Positions 23,177 to 34,696 of a stretch of DNA of 34,696 bases are shown here, piece by piece (position 1 is the stretch's first letter; every line of letters starts with the position of its first letter). Source of the stretch: Utricularia gibba (taxonomy: Eukaryota; Plantae; Magnoliophyta); NCBI GenBank assembly GCA_002189035.1, contig NEEC01000476.1, forward strand, positions 1-34,696. The letters are read 5' to 3'. The notes under the pieces are model-generated. The model saw only the letters and a list, made by a program, of their open reading frames with translations, made no database searches and had not been told where the DNA came from. The translations under genes were made by a program, and so were the position numbers.

Positions 23177-26100
23177 GAGAGTTAGTTGTTCGGCAAATAA
23201 AGTGATGTATTTATTAACGTTCAGTTTTGGGGGCTGCCTACATGGTTTTTCAAGGAACAGCTTCTCGTTTTGTGGCGGCCAGTCTCGCTGGGAACTTGGT
23301 CCTTGACCCCGATTCTGTATGGCTCATGAGGTCAACCGGATGGAAATCGATTAAAAAAATGATGCCTTTGTTTAAATTACGATATCACGTGCACCCCACA
23401 TGATTTTTTCAACAACTTACTTTATACTTGGGAGGCGGTCTTGGGGTGCACCTGGAACGGGACAAAGGTCAGGTTTGGCTTGCGCCGAGAGTTAGTTGTG
23501 GCAAATAAAGTGATGTATTATTAACGTTCAGTTTTGGGGGCTGCCTACATGGTTTTTCAAGGAACAGCTTCTCGTTTTGTGGCGGCCAGTCTCGCTGGGA
23601 ACTTGGTCCTTGACCCCGATTATGTATGGCTCATGAGGTCAACCGGATGCAAATCGATTAAAAAAATGATGCCTTTGTTTAAATTACGATATCACGTGCA
23701 CCCCACATGATTTTTTCAACAACTTACTTTATACTTGAGGAGGCGGTCTTGGGGTGCACCTAGAACGGGACAAAGGTCAGGTTTGGCTTGCGCCGAGAGT
23801 TAGTTGTAGCCGGCAAATAAAGTGATGTATTTATTAACGTTCAGTTTCGGGGGCTGCCTACATGGTTTTTCAAGGAACAGCTTCTCGTTTTGTGGCGGCC
23901 AGTCTCGCTGGGAACTTGGTCCTTGACCCCGATTATGTATGGCTCATGAGGTCAACCGGATGCAAATCGATTAAAAAAATGATGCTTTGTTTAAATTACG
24001 ATATCACGTGCACCCCACATGATTTTTTCAACAACTTACTTTATACTTGAGGAGGCGGTCTTGGGGTGCACCTAGAACGGGACAAAGGTCAGGTTTGGCT
24101 TGCGCCGAGAGTTAGTTGTCGGCAAATAAAGTGATGTATTTATTAACGTTCAGTTTTGGGGGCTGCCTACATGGTTTTTCAAGGAACAGCTTCTCGTTTT
24201 GTGGCGGCCAGTCTCGCTGGGAACTTGGTCCTTGACCCCGATTCTGTATGGCTCATGAGGTCAACCGGATAATCGATTAAAAAAATGATGCCTTTGTTTA
24301 AATTACGATATCACGTGCACCCCACATGATTTTTTCAACAACTTACTTTATACTTGAGGAGGCGGTCTTGGGGTGCACCTAGAACGGGACAAAGGTCAGG
24401 TTTGGCTTGCGCCGAGAGTTAGTTGTAGCTCGGCAAATAAAGTGATGTATTTATTAACGTTCAGTTTTGGGGGCTGCCTACATGGTTTTTCAAGGAACAG
24501 CTTCTCGTTTTGTGGCGGCCAGTCTCGCTGGGAACTTGGTCCTTGACCCCGATTCTGTATGGCTCATGAGGTCAACCGGATGCAAATCGATTAAAAAAAT
24601 GATGCCTTTTTAAATTACGATATCACGTGCCCCACATGATTTTTTCAACAACTTACTTTATACTTGAGGAGGCGGTCTTGGGGTGCACCTGGAACGGGAC
24701 AAAGGTCAGGTTTGGCTTGCGCCGAGAGTTAGTTGTAGCCGGCAAATAAAGTGATATTTATTAACGTTCAGTTTTCGGGGGCTGCCTACATGGTTTTTCA
24801 AGGAACAGCTTCTCGTTTTGTGGCGGCCAGTCTCGCTGGGAACTTGGTCCTTGACCCCGATTATGTATGGCTCATGAGGTCAACCGGATGCAAATCGATT
24901 AAAAAATATGCTTTTTTAAATTACGATATCACGTGCACCCCACATGATTTTTTCAACAACTTACTTTATACTTGAGGAGGCGGTCTTGGGGTGCACCTAG
25001 AACGGGACAAAGGTCAGGTTTGGCTTGCGCCGAGAGTTAGTTGTGGCAAATAAAGTGATGTATTTATTAACGTTCAGTTTTGGGGGCTGCCTACATGGTT
25101 TTTCAAGGAACAGCTTCTCGTTTTGTGGCGGCCAGTCTCGCTGGGAACTTGGTCCTTGACCCCGATTATGTATGGCTCATGAGGTCAACCGGATGCAAAT
25201 CGATTAAAAAAATGATGCTTTTGTTTAAATTACGATATCACGTGCACCCCACATGATTTTTTCAACAACTTACTTTATACTTGAGGAGGCGGTCTTGGGG
25301 TGCACCTAGAACGGGACAAAGGTCAGGTTTGGCTTGCGCCGAGAGTTAGTTGTAGCTCGGAAAATAAAGTGATGTATTTATTAACGTTCAGTTTTCGGGG
25401 GCTGCCTACATGGTTTTTCAAGGAACAGCTTCTCGTTTTGTGGCGGCCAGTCTCGCTGGGAACTTGGTCCTTGACCCCGATTCTGTATGGCTCATGAGGT
25501 CAACCGGATGGAAATCGATTAAAAAAATGATGCCTTTGTTTAAATTACGATATCACGTGCACCCCACATGATTTTTTCAACAACTTACTTTATACTTGAG
25601 GAGCGGTCTTGGGGTGCACCGAACGGGACAAAGGTCAGGTTTGGCTTGCGCCGAGAGTTAGTTGTAGCTCGGCAAATAAAGTGATGTATTTATTAACGTT
25701 CTGGGGCTGCCTACATGGTTTTTCAAGGAACAGCTTCTCGTTTTGTGGCGGCCAGTCTCGCTGGGAACTTGGTCCTTGACCCCGATTCTGTATGGCTCAT
25801 GAGGTCAACCGGATGGAAATCGATTAAAAAAATGATGCCTTTTTTAAATTACGATATCACGTGCACCCCACATGATTTTTTCAACAACTTACTTTATACT
25901 TGAGGAGGCGGTCTTGGGTGCACCTGGAACGGGACAAAGGTCAGGTTTGGCTTGCGCCGAGAGTTAGTTGTAGCTCGGCAAATAAAGTGATGTATTTATT
26001 AACGTTCAGTTTTCGGGGGCTGCCTACATGGTTTTTCAAGGAACAGCTTCTCGTTTTGTGGCGGCCAGTCTCGCTGGGAACTTGGTCCTTGACCCCGATT

Positions 26101-29100
26101 ATGTATTGCTCATGAGGTCAACCGGATGCAAATCGATTAAAAAAATGATGCTTTGTTTAAATTACGATATCACGTGCACCCCACATGATTTTTTCAACAA
26201 CTTACTTTATACTTGAGGAGGCGGTCTTGGGGTGCACCTAGAACGGGACAAAGGTCAGGTTTGGCTTGCGCCGAGAGTTAGTTGTAGCTCGGCAAATAAA
26301 GTGATGTATTTATTAACGTTCAGTTTTCGGGGCTGCCTACATGGTTTTTCAAGGAACAGCTTCTCGTTTTGTGGCGGCCAGTCTCGCTGGGAACTTGGTC
26401 CTTGACCCCGATTATGTATTGCTCATGAGGTCAACCGGATGCAAATCGATTAAAAAAATGATGCCTTTGTTTAAATTACGATATCACGTGCACCCCACAT
26501 GATTTTTTCAACAACTTACTTTATACTTGAGGAGGCGGTCTTGGGGTGCACCTAGAACGGGACAAAGGTCAGGTTTGGCTTGCGCCGAGAGTTAGTTGTA
26601 GCTCGGAAAATAAAGTGATGTATTTATTAACGTTCAGTTTTGGGGGCTGCCTACATGGTTTTTCAAGGAACAGCTTCTCGTTTTGTGGCGGCCAGTCTCG
26701 CTGGGAACTTGGTCCTTGACCCCGATTCTGTATGGCTCATGAGGTCAACCGGATGCAAATCGATTAAAAAAAATGATGCCTTTCTTTAAATTACGATATC
26801 ACGTGCACCCCACATGATTTTTTCAACAACTTACTTTATACTTGAGGAGGCGGTCTTGGGTGCACCTAGAACGGGACAAAGGTCAGGTTTGGCTTGCGCC
26901 GAGAGTTAGTTGTCAAATAAAGTGATGTATTTATTAACGTTCAGTTTTCGGGGGCTGCCTACATGGTTTTTCAAGGAACAGCTTCTCGTTTTGTGGCGGC
27001 CAGTCTCGCTGGGAACTTGGTCCTTGACCCCGATTATGTATGGCTCATGAGGTCAACCGGATGCAAATAAAAAAATGATGCTTTGTTTAAATTACGATAT
27101 CACGTGCACCCCACATGATTTTTTCAACAACTTACTTTATACTTGAGGAGGCGGTCTTGGGGTGCACCTAGAACGGGACAAAGGTCAGGTTTGGCTTGCG
27201 CCGAGAGTTAGTTGTAGCTCGGAAAATAAAGTGATGTATTTATTAACGTTCAGTTTTCGGGGGCTGCCTACATGGTTTTTCAAGGAACAGCTTCTCGTTT
27301 TGTGGCGGCCAGTCTCGCTGGGAACTTGGTCCTTGACCCCGATTATGTATTGCTCATGAGGTCAACCGGATGCAAATCGATTAAAAAAATGATGCTTTTT
27401 AAATTACGATATCACGTGCACCCCACATGATTTTTTCAACAACTTACTTTATACTTGAGGAGGCGGTTGGGTGCACCTAGAACGGGACAAAGGTCAGGTT
27501 GGCTTGCCCGAGAGTTAGTTGTAGCTCGGAAATAAAGTGATGTATTTATTAACGTTCAGTTTTGGGGGCTGCCTACATGGTTTTTCAAGGAACAGTGTAG
27601 TCTCGCTGGGAACTTGGTCCTGATGTATGGCTCATGAGGTCAACCGGATGAAATCGATTAAAAAAATGATGCCTTTGTTTAAATTACGATATCACGTGCA
27701 CCCCACATGATTTTTTCAACAACTTACTTTATACTTGAGGAGGCGGTCTTGGGTGCACCTAGAACGGGACAAAGGTCAGGTTTGGCTTGCGCCGAGAGTT
27801 AGTTGTAGCTCGGCAAATAAAGTGATGTATTTATTAACGTTCAGTTTTTGGGGCTGCCTACATGGTTTTTCAAGGAACAGCTTCTCGTTTTGTGGCGGCC
27901 AGTCTCGCTGGGAACTTGGTCCTGACCCCGATTCTGTATGGCTCATGAGGTCAACCGGATGGAAATCGATTAAAAAAATGATGCCTTTCTTTAAATTACG
28001 ATATCACGTGCACCCCACATGATTTTTTCAACAACTTGCTTTATACTTGTGGAGGCGGTCTTGGGGTGCACCTGGAACGGGACAAAGGTCAGGTTTGGCT
28101 TGCGCCGAGAGTTAGTTGTAACCGGCAAATAAAGTGATGTATTTATTAACGTTCAGTTTTCGGGGGCTGCCTACATGGTTTTTCAAGGAACAGCTTCTCG
28201 TTTTGTGGCGGCCAGTCTCGCTGGGAACTTGGTCCTTGACCCGATTATGTATTGCTCATGAGGTCAACCGGATGCAAATCGATTAAAAAAATGATGCTTT
28301 TTTAAATTACGATATCACGTGCACCCCACATGATTTTTTCAACAACTTACTTTATACTTGAGGAGGCGGTCTTGGGGTGCACCTAGAACGGGACAAAGGT
28401 CAGGTTTGGCTTGCGCCGAGAGTTAGTTGTAGCTCGGCAAATAAAGTGATGTATTTATTAACGTTCAGTTTTCGGGGGCTGCCTACATGGTTTTTCAAGG
28501 AACAGCTTCTCGTTTTGTGGCGGCCAGTCTCGCTGGGAACTTGGTCCTTGACCCCGATTATGTATGGCTCATGAGGTCAACGGATGCAAATTGATTAAAA
28601 AATGATGCTTTGTTTAAATTACGATATCACGTGCACCCCACATGATTTTTTCAACAACTTACTTTATACTTGAGGAGGCGGTCTTGGGGTGCACCTAGAA
28701 CGGGACAAAGGTCAGGTTTGGCTTGCGCCGAGAGTTAGTTGTAGCTCGGAAAATAAAGTGATGTATTTATTAACGTTCAGTTTTGGGGCTGCCTACATGG
28801 TTTTTCAAGGAACAGCTTCTCGTTTTGTGGCGGCCAGTCTCGCTGGGAACTTGGTCCTGACCCCGATTCTGTATGGCTCATGAGGTCAACCGGATGCAAA
28901 TCGATTAAAAAAATGATGCCTTTTGTTTAAATTACGATATCACGTGCACCCCACATGATTTTTTCAACAACTTACTTTATACTTGAGGAGGCGGTCTTGG
29001 GGTGCACCTAGAACGGGACAAAGGTCAGGTTTGGCTTGCGCCGAGAGTTAGTTGTAGCTCGGAAATAAAGTGATGTATTTATTAACGTTCAGTTTTTGGG

Positions 29101-32100
29101 GGCTGCCTACATGGTTTTTCAAGGAACAGCTTCTCGTTTTGTGGCGGCCAGTTCGCTGGGAACTTGGTCCTTGACCCCGATTCTGTATGGCTCATGAGGT
29201 CAACCGGATGCAAATCGATTAAAAAATGATGCCTTTGTTTAAATTACGATATCACGTGCACCCCACATGATTTTTTCAACAACTTACTTTATACTTGAGG
29301 AGGCGGTCTTGGGGTGCACCTAGAACGGGACAAAGGTCAGGTTTGGCTTGCGCCGAGAGTTAGTTGTAGCTCGGAAAATAAAGTGATGTATTTATTAACG
29401 TTCAGTTTTGGGGGCTGCCTACATGGTTTTTCAAGGAACAGCTTCTCGTTTTGTGGCGGCCAGTCTCGCTGGGAACTTGGTCCTTGACCCCGATTCTGTA
29501 TGGCTCATGAGGTCAACCGGATGCAAATCGATTAAAAAAATGATGCCTTTGTTTAAATTACGATATCACGTGCACCCCACATGATTTTTTCAACAACTTA
29601 CTTTATACTTGAGGAGGCGGTCTTGGGGTGCACCTAGAACGGGACAAAGGTCAGGTTTGGCTTGCGCCGAGAGTTAGTTGTAGCTCGGCAAATAAAGTGA
29701 TGTATTTATTAACGTTCATTTTTGGGGGCTGCCTACATGGTTTTTCAAGGAACAGCTTCTCGTTTTGTGGCGGCCAGTCTCGCTGGGAACTTGGTCCTGA
29801 CCCCGATTCTGTATGGCTCATGAGGTCAACCGGATGAAATCGATTAAAAAAATGATGCCTTTGTTTAAATTACGATATCACGTGCACCCCACATGATTTT
29901 TTCAACAACTTACTTTATACTTGAGGAGGCGGTCTTGGGTGCACCTAGAACGGGACAAAGGTCAGGTTTGGCTTGCGCCGAGAGTTAGTTGTAGCTCGGA
30001 AAATAAAGTGATGTATTTATTAACGTTCAGTTTTGGGGGCTGCCTACATGGTTTTTCAAGGAACAGCTTCTCGTTTTGTGGCGGCCAGTCTCGCTGGGAA
30101 CTTGGTCCTTGACCCCGATTCTGTATGGCTCATGAGGTCAACCGGATGCAAATCGATTAAAAAAAATGATGCCTTGTTTAAATTACGATATCACGTGCAC
30201 CCCCACATGATTTTTTCAACAACTTACTTTATACTTGAGGAGGCGGTCTTGGGGTGCACCTGGAACGGGACAAAGGTCAGGTTTGGCTTGCGCCGAGAGT
30301 TAGTTGTACAAATAAAGTGATGTATTTATTAACGTTCAGTTTTGGGGGCTGCCTACATGGTTTTTCAAGAACAGCTTCTCGTTTTGTGGCGGCCAGTCTC
30401 GCTGGGAACTTGGTCCTTGACCCCGATTATGTATGGCTCATGAGGTCAACCGGATGCAAATCGATTAAAAAATGATGCCTTTGTTTAAATTACGATATCA
30501 CGTGCACCCCACATGATTTTTTCAACAACTTACTTTATACTTGAGGAGGCGGTCTTGGGGTGCACCTAGAACGGACAAAGGTCAGGTTTGGCTTGCGCCG
30601 AGAGTTAGTTGTAGCTCGGCAAATAAAGTGATGTATTTATTAACGTTCAGTTTTCGGGGGCTGCCTACATGGTTTTTCAAGGAACAGCTTCTCGTTTTGT
30701 GGGCCAGTCTCGCTGGGAACTTGGTCCTTGACCCCGATTATGTATGGCTCATGAGGTCAACCGGATGCAAATCGATTAAAAAAATGATGCTTTGTTTAAA
30801 TTACGATATCACGTGCACCCCACATGATTTTTTCAACAACTTACTTTATACTTGAGGAGGCGGTCTTTGGGGTGCACCTAGAACGGGACAAAGGTCAGGT
30901 TTGGCTTGCGCCGAGAGTTAGTTGTAGCTCGGAAAATAAAGTGATGTATTTATTAACGTTCAGTTTTGGGGGCTGCCTACATGGTTTTTCAAGGAACAGC
31001 TTCTCGTTTTGTGGCGGCCAGTCTCGCTGGGAACTTGGTCCTTGACCCCGATTCTGTATGGCTCATGAGGTCAACCGGATGCAAATCGATTAAAAAAATG
31101 ATGCCTTTGTTTAAATTACGATATCACGTGCACCCACATGATTTTTTCAACAACTTACTTTATACTTGAGGAGGCGGTCTTGGGTGCACCTAGAACGGGA
31201 CAAAGGTCAGGTTTGGCTTGCGCCGAGAGTTAGTTGTAGCTCGGCAAATAAAGTGATGTATTTATTAACGTTCAGTTTTTGGGGGCTGCCTACATGGTTT
31301 TTCAAGGAACAGCTTCTCGTTTTGTGGCGGCCAGTCTCGCTGGGAACTTGGTCCTTGACCCCGATTCTGTATGGCTCATGAGGTCAACCGGATGGAAATC
31401 GATTAAAGAAAATGATGCCTTTCTTTAAATTACGATATCACGTGCACCCCACATGATTTTTTCAACAACTTACTTTATACTTGAGGAGGCGGTCTTGGGG
31501 TGCACCTAGAACGGACAAAGGTCAGGTTTGGCTTGCGCCGAGAGTTAGTTGTAGCTCGGCAAATAAAGTGATGTATTTATTAACGTTCAGTTTTCGGGGG
31601 CTGCCTACATGGTTTTTCAAGGAACAGCTTCTCGTTTTGTGGCGGCCAGTCTCGCTGGGAACTTGGTCCTTGACCCCGATTATGTATTGCTCATGAGTCA
31701 ACCGGATGCAAATCGATTAAAAAATGATGCTTTGTTTAAATTACGATATCACGTGCACCCCACATGATTTTTTCAACAACTTTACTTTATACTTGAGGAG
31801 GCGGTCTTGGGGTGCACCTAGAACGGGACAAAGGTCAGGTTTGGCTTGCGCCGAGAGTTAGTTGTAGCTCGGAAAATAAAGTGATGTATTTATTAACGTT
31901 CAGTTTTTGGGGGCTGCCTACATGGTTTTTCAAGGAACAGCTTCTCGTTTTGTGGCGGCCAGTCTCGCTGGGAACTTGGTCCTTGACCCCGATTCTGTAT
32001 GGCTCATGAGGTCAACCGGATGGAAATCGATTAAAGAAAATGATGCCTTTGTTTAAATTACGATATCACGTGCACCCACATGATTTTTTCAACAACTTAC

Positions 32101-33410
32101 TTTATACTTGAGAGGCGGTCTTGGGTGCACCGAACGGGACAAAGGTCAGGTTTGGCTTGCGCCGAGAGTTAGTTGTAGCTCGGCAAATAAAGTGATGTAT
32201 TTATTAACGTTCATTTTTGGGGGCTGCCTACATGGTTTTTCAAGGAACAGCTTCTCGTTTGTGGCGGCCAGTCTCGCTGGGAACTTGGTCCTGACCCCGA
32301 TTCTGTATGGCTCATGAGGTCAACCGGATGGAAATCGATTAAAGAAAATGATGCCTTTTTTAAATTACGATATCACGTGCACCCCACATGATTTTTTCAA
32401 CAACTTACTTTATACTTGAGGAGGCGGTCTTGGGGTGCACCTGGAACGGGACAAAGGTCAGGTTTGGCTTGCGCCGAGAGTTAGTTGTAACTCGGCAAAT
32501 AAAGTGATGTATTTATTAACGTTCAGTTTTCGGGGGCTGCCTACATGGTTTTTCAAGGAACAGCTTCTCGTTTTGTGGCGGCCAGTCTCGCTGGGAACTT
32601 GGTCCTTGACCCCGATTCTGTATTGCTCATGAGGTCAACCGGATGCAAATTGATTAAAAAAATGATGCTTTGTTTAAATTACGATATCACGTGCACCCAC
32701 ATGATTTTTTCAACAACTTACTTTATACTTGAGGAGGCGGTCTTGGGGTGCACCTAGAACGGGACAAAGGTCAGGTTTGGCTTGCGCCGAGAGTTAGTTG
32801 TCGGCAAATAAAGTGATGTATTTATTAACGTTCAGTTTTCGGGGCTGCCTACATGGTTTTTCAAGGAACAGCTTCTCGTTTTGTGGCGGCCAGTCTCGCT
32901 GGGAACTTGGTCCTTGACCCCGATTATGTATGGCTCATGAGGTCAACCGGATGCAAATTGATTAAAAAATGATGCTTTTTTTAAATTACGATATCACGTG
33001 CACCCCACATGATTTTTTCAACAACTTACTTTATACTTGAGGAGGCGGTCTTGGGGTGCACCTAGAACGGACAAAGGTCAGGTTTGGCTTGCGCCGAGAG
33101 TTAGTTGTAGCTCGGAAATAAAGTGATGTATTTATTAACGTTCAGTTTTCGGGGGCTGCCTACATGGTTTTTCAAGGAACAGCTTCTCGTTTTGTGGCGG
33201 CCAGTCTCGCTGGGAACTTGGTCCTTGACCCCGATTCTGTATGGCTCATGAGGTCAACCGGATGCAAATCGATTAAAAAAATGATGCCTTTGTTTAAATT
33301 ACGATATCACGTGCACCCCACATGATTTTTTCAACAAACTTACTTTATACTTGAGGAGGCGGTCTTGGGGTGCACCTAGAACGGGACAAAGGTCAGGTTT
33401 GGCTTGCGCC
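23177..33410 (+). repeat. Higher-order repeat region: recurring 4-monomer module
   Basis: Monomers ending in CACCTGGAA start at 23177, 24414, 25653, 27794, 29980 and 32164. The GATT(C/A)TG column reads C,A,A,C from five of these and C,C,A,C from the sixth. Confidence 0.7.
29355..29668 (+). repeat. Representative near-consensus monomer (314 bp as read)
   Basis: No multi-base deletions. It is 1 nt short in the T4-N-G5 tract and 1 nt short in the A8 tract relative to copies carrying TTTTCGGGGG and AAAGAAAA, giving about 316 bp. Copies 22551-22865 and 31225-31539 (315 bp, each lacking one G elsewhere) agree. Confidence 0.9.
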
Positions 33411-34696
33411 GAGAGTTAGTTGTAGCTCGGCAAATAAAGTGATGTATTTATTAACGTTCAGTTTTTGGGGGCTGCCTACATGGTTTTTCAAGGAACAGCT
33501 TCTCGTTTTGTGGCGGCCAGTCTCGCTGGGAACTTGGTCCTGACCCCGATTCTGTATGGCTCATGAGGTCAACCGGATGAAATCGATTAAAAAAAATGAT
33601 GCCTTTTTTAAATTACGATATCACGTGCACCCCACATGATTTTTTCAACAACTTACTTTATACTTGAGGAGGCGGTCTTGGGTGCACCTGGAACGGGACA
33701 AAGGTCAGGTTTGGCTTGCGCCGAGAGTTAGTTGTAACTCGGCAAATAAAGTGATGTATTTATTAACGTTCAGTTTTGGGGCTGCCTACATGGTTTTTCA
33801 AGGAACAGCTTCTCGTTTTGTGGCGGCCAGTCTCGCTGGAACTTGGTCCTTGACCCCGATTCTGTATGGCTCATGAGGTCAACCGGATGCAAATCGATTA
33901 AAAAATGATGCTTTGTTTAAATTACGATATCACGTGCACCCCACATGATTTTTTCAACAACTTACTTTATACTTGAGGAGGCGGTCTTGGGTGCACCTAG
34001 AACGGGACAAAGGTCAGTTTGGCTTGCGCCGAGAGTTAGTTGTAGCTCGGAAAATAAAGTGATGTATTTATTAACGTTCAGTTTTGGGGGCTGCCTACAT
34101 GGTTTTTCAAGGAACAGCTTCTCGTTTTTGGCGGCCAGTCTCGCTGGGAACTTGGTCCTTGACCCCGATTATGTATGGCTCATGAGGTCAACCGGATGCA
34201 AATCGATTAAAAAAAATGATGCCTTTGTTTAAATTACGATATCACGTGCACCCCACATGATTTTTTCAACAACTTACTTTATACTTGGGAGGCGGTCTTG
34301 GGTGCACCTAGAACGGGACAAAGGTCAGGTTTGGCTTGCGCGAGAGTTAGTTGTAGCTCGGAAAATAAAGTGATGTATTTATTAACGTTCAGTTTTGGGG
34401 GCTGCCTACATGGTTTTTCAAGGAACAGCTTCTCGTTTTGTGGCGGCCAGTCTCGCTGGGAACTTGGTCCTTGACCCCGCTCATGAGGTCAACCGGATGC
34501 AAATTGATTAAAAAAAATGATGCCTTTGTTTAAATACGATATCACGTGCACCCCACATGATTTTTTCAACAACTTACTTTATACTTGAGGAGGCGGTCTT
34601 GGGGTGCACCTAGAACGGGACAAAGTCAGGTTGGCTTGCGCGAGAGTTAGTTGTAGCTCGGCAAATAAAGTGATGTATTTATTAACGTTCAGTTTT

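Larger units (their letters stand above)
1..34696 (+). repeat. Tandem satellite-like array, about 316-bp monomer, 112 full copies plus 1 partial, head-to-tail, running off both window ends
   Basis: Anchor GAGAGTTAGTTG recurs at 1, 313, 628, 937, 1251 ... 34031, 34342, 34642 (113 starts counted by eye). Everything between anchors aligns to the same monomer. No inversion or foreign insert seen. Family and host not recognised. Confidence 0.98.

Noticed and set aside
1303-34232. All ORFs in the six-frame track as real genes
   Set aside because: They are the same monomer in shifting frames, 60-112 aa, often TTG/GTG-started and pieced together by homopolymer indels. Variants are mostly non-synonymous and I see no known domain.
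1-34696. DRT2/Neo-type never-ending ORF from rolling-circle reverse transcription
   Set aside because: Every monomer has stops in all six frames, the inferred 316-bp unit is not a multiple of 3, and no reverse transcriptase gene is in the window.
1-34696. Rolling-circle concatemer of a single small circle (RCA/MDA product, eccDNA, plasmid)
   Set aside because: Linked transversion haplotypes, phased 4- and 7-monomer patterns and a regional allele switch are not expected from repeated copying of one template. Disfavoured rather than excluded without raw data.
1-34696. CRISPR array
   Set aside because: No short repeat with unique spacers and no cas genes; the entire unit is repeated.

Overview
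The whole 34,696-bp window is one uninterrupted head-to-tail tandem array, all copies on the same strand: 112 complete monomers plus a 55-bp partial one (113 starts of the anchor GAGAGTTAG, mean spacing about 309 bp). Intact copies are 313-315 bp, and alleles that interrupt the homopolymers imply a true consensus of about 316 bp. Monomer 1 is about 45% GC with no CpG depletion. There is no unique flanking sequence, no recognisable gene, RNA gene, transposase or CRISPR spacer. The ORF track is the same non-coding monomer read in shifting frames. The best description is a satellite-DNA-like array of unknown family and host, read or assembled from indel-prone long reads. The useful signal is the structure within and between monomers: about 12 fixed polymorphic columns forming linked haplotypes, a 4-monomer higher-order module (at 4- then 7-monomer pitch in the right half), an allele-frequency switch near 18-20 kb, nested inverted repeats, a junction hairpin coinciding with a deletion hotspot, and an essentially invariant DR1-type nuclear-receptor motif in each copy. 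I found no evidence for a protein-coding system, and I could not run database, folding or raw-signal checks.
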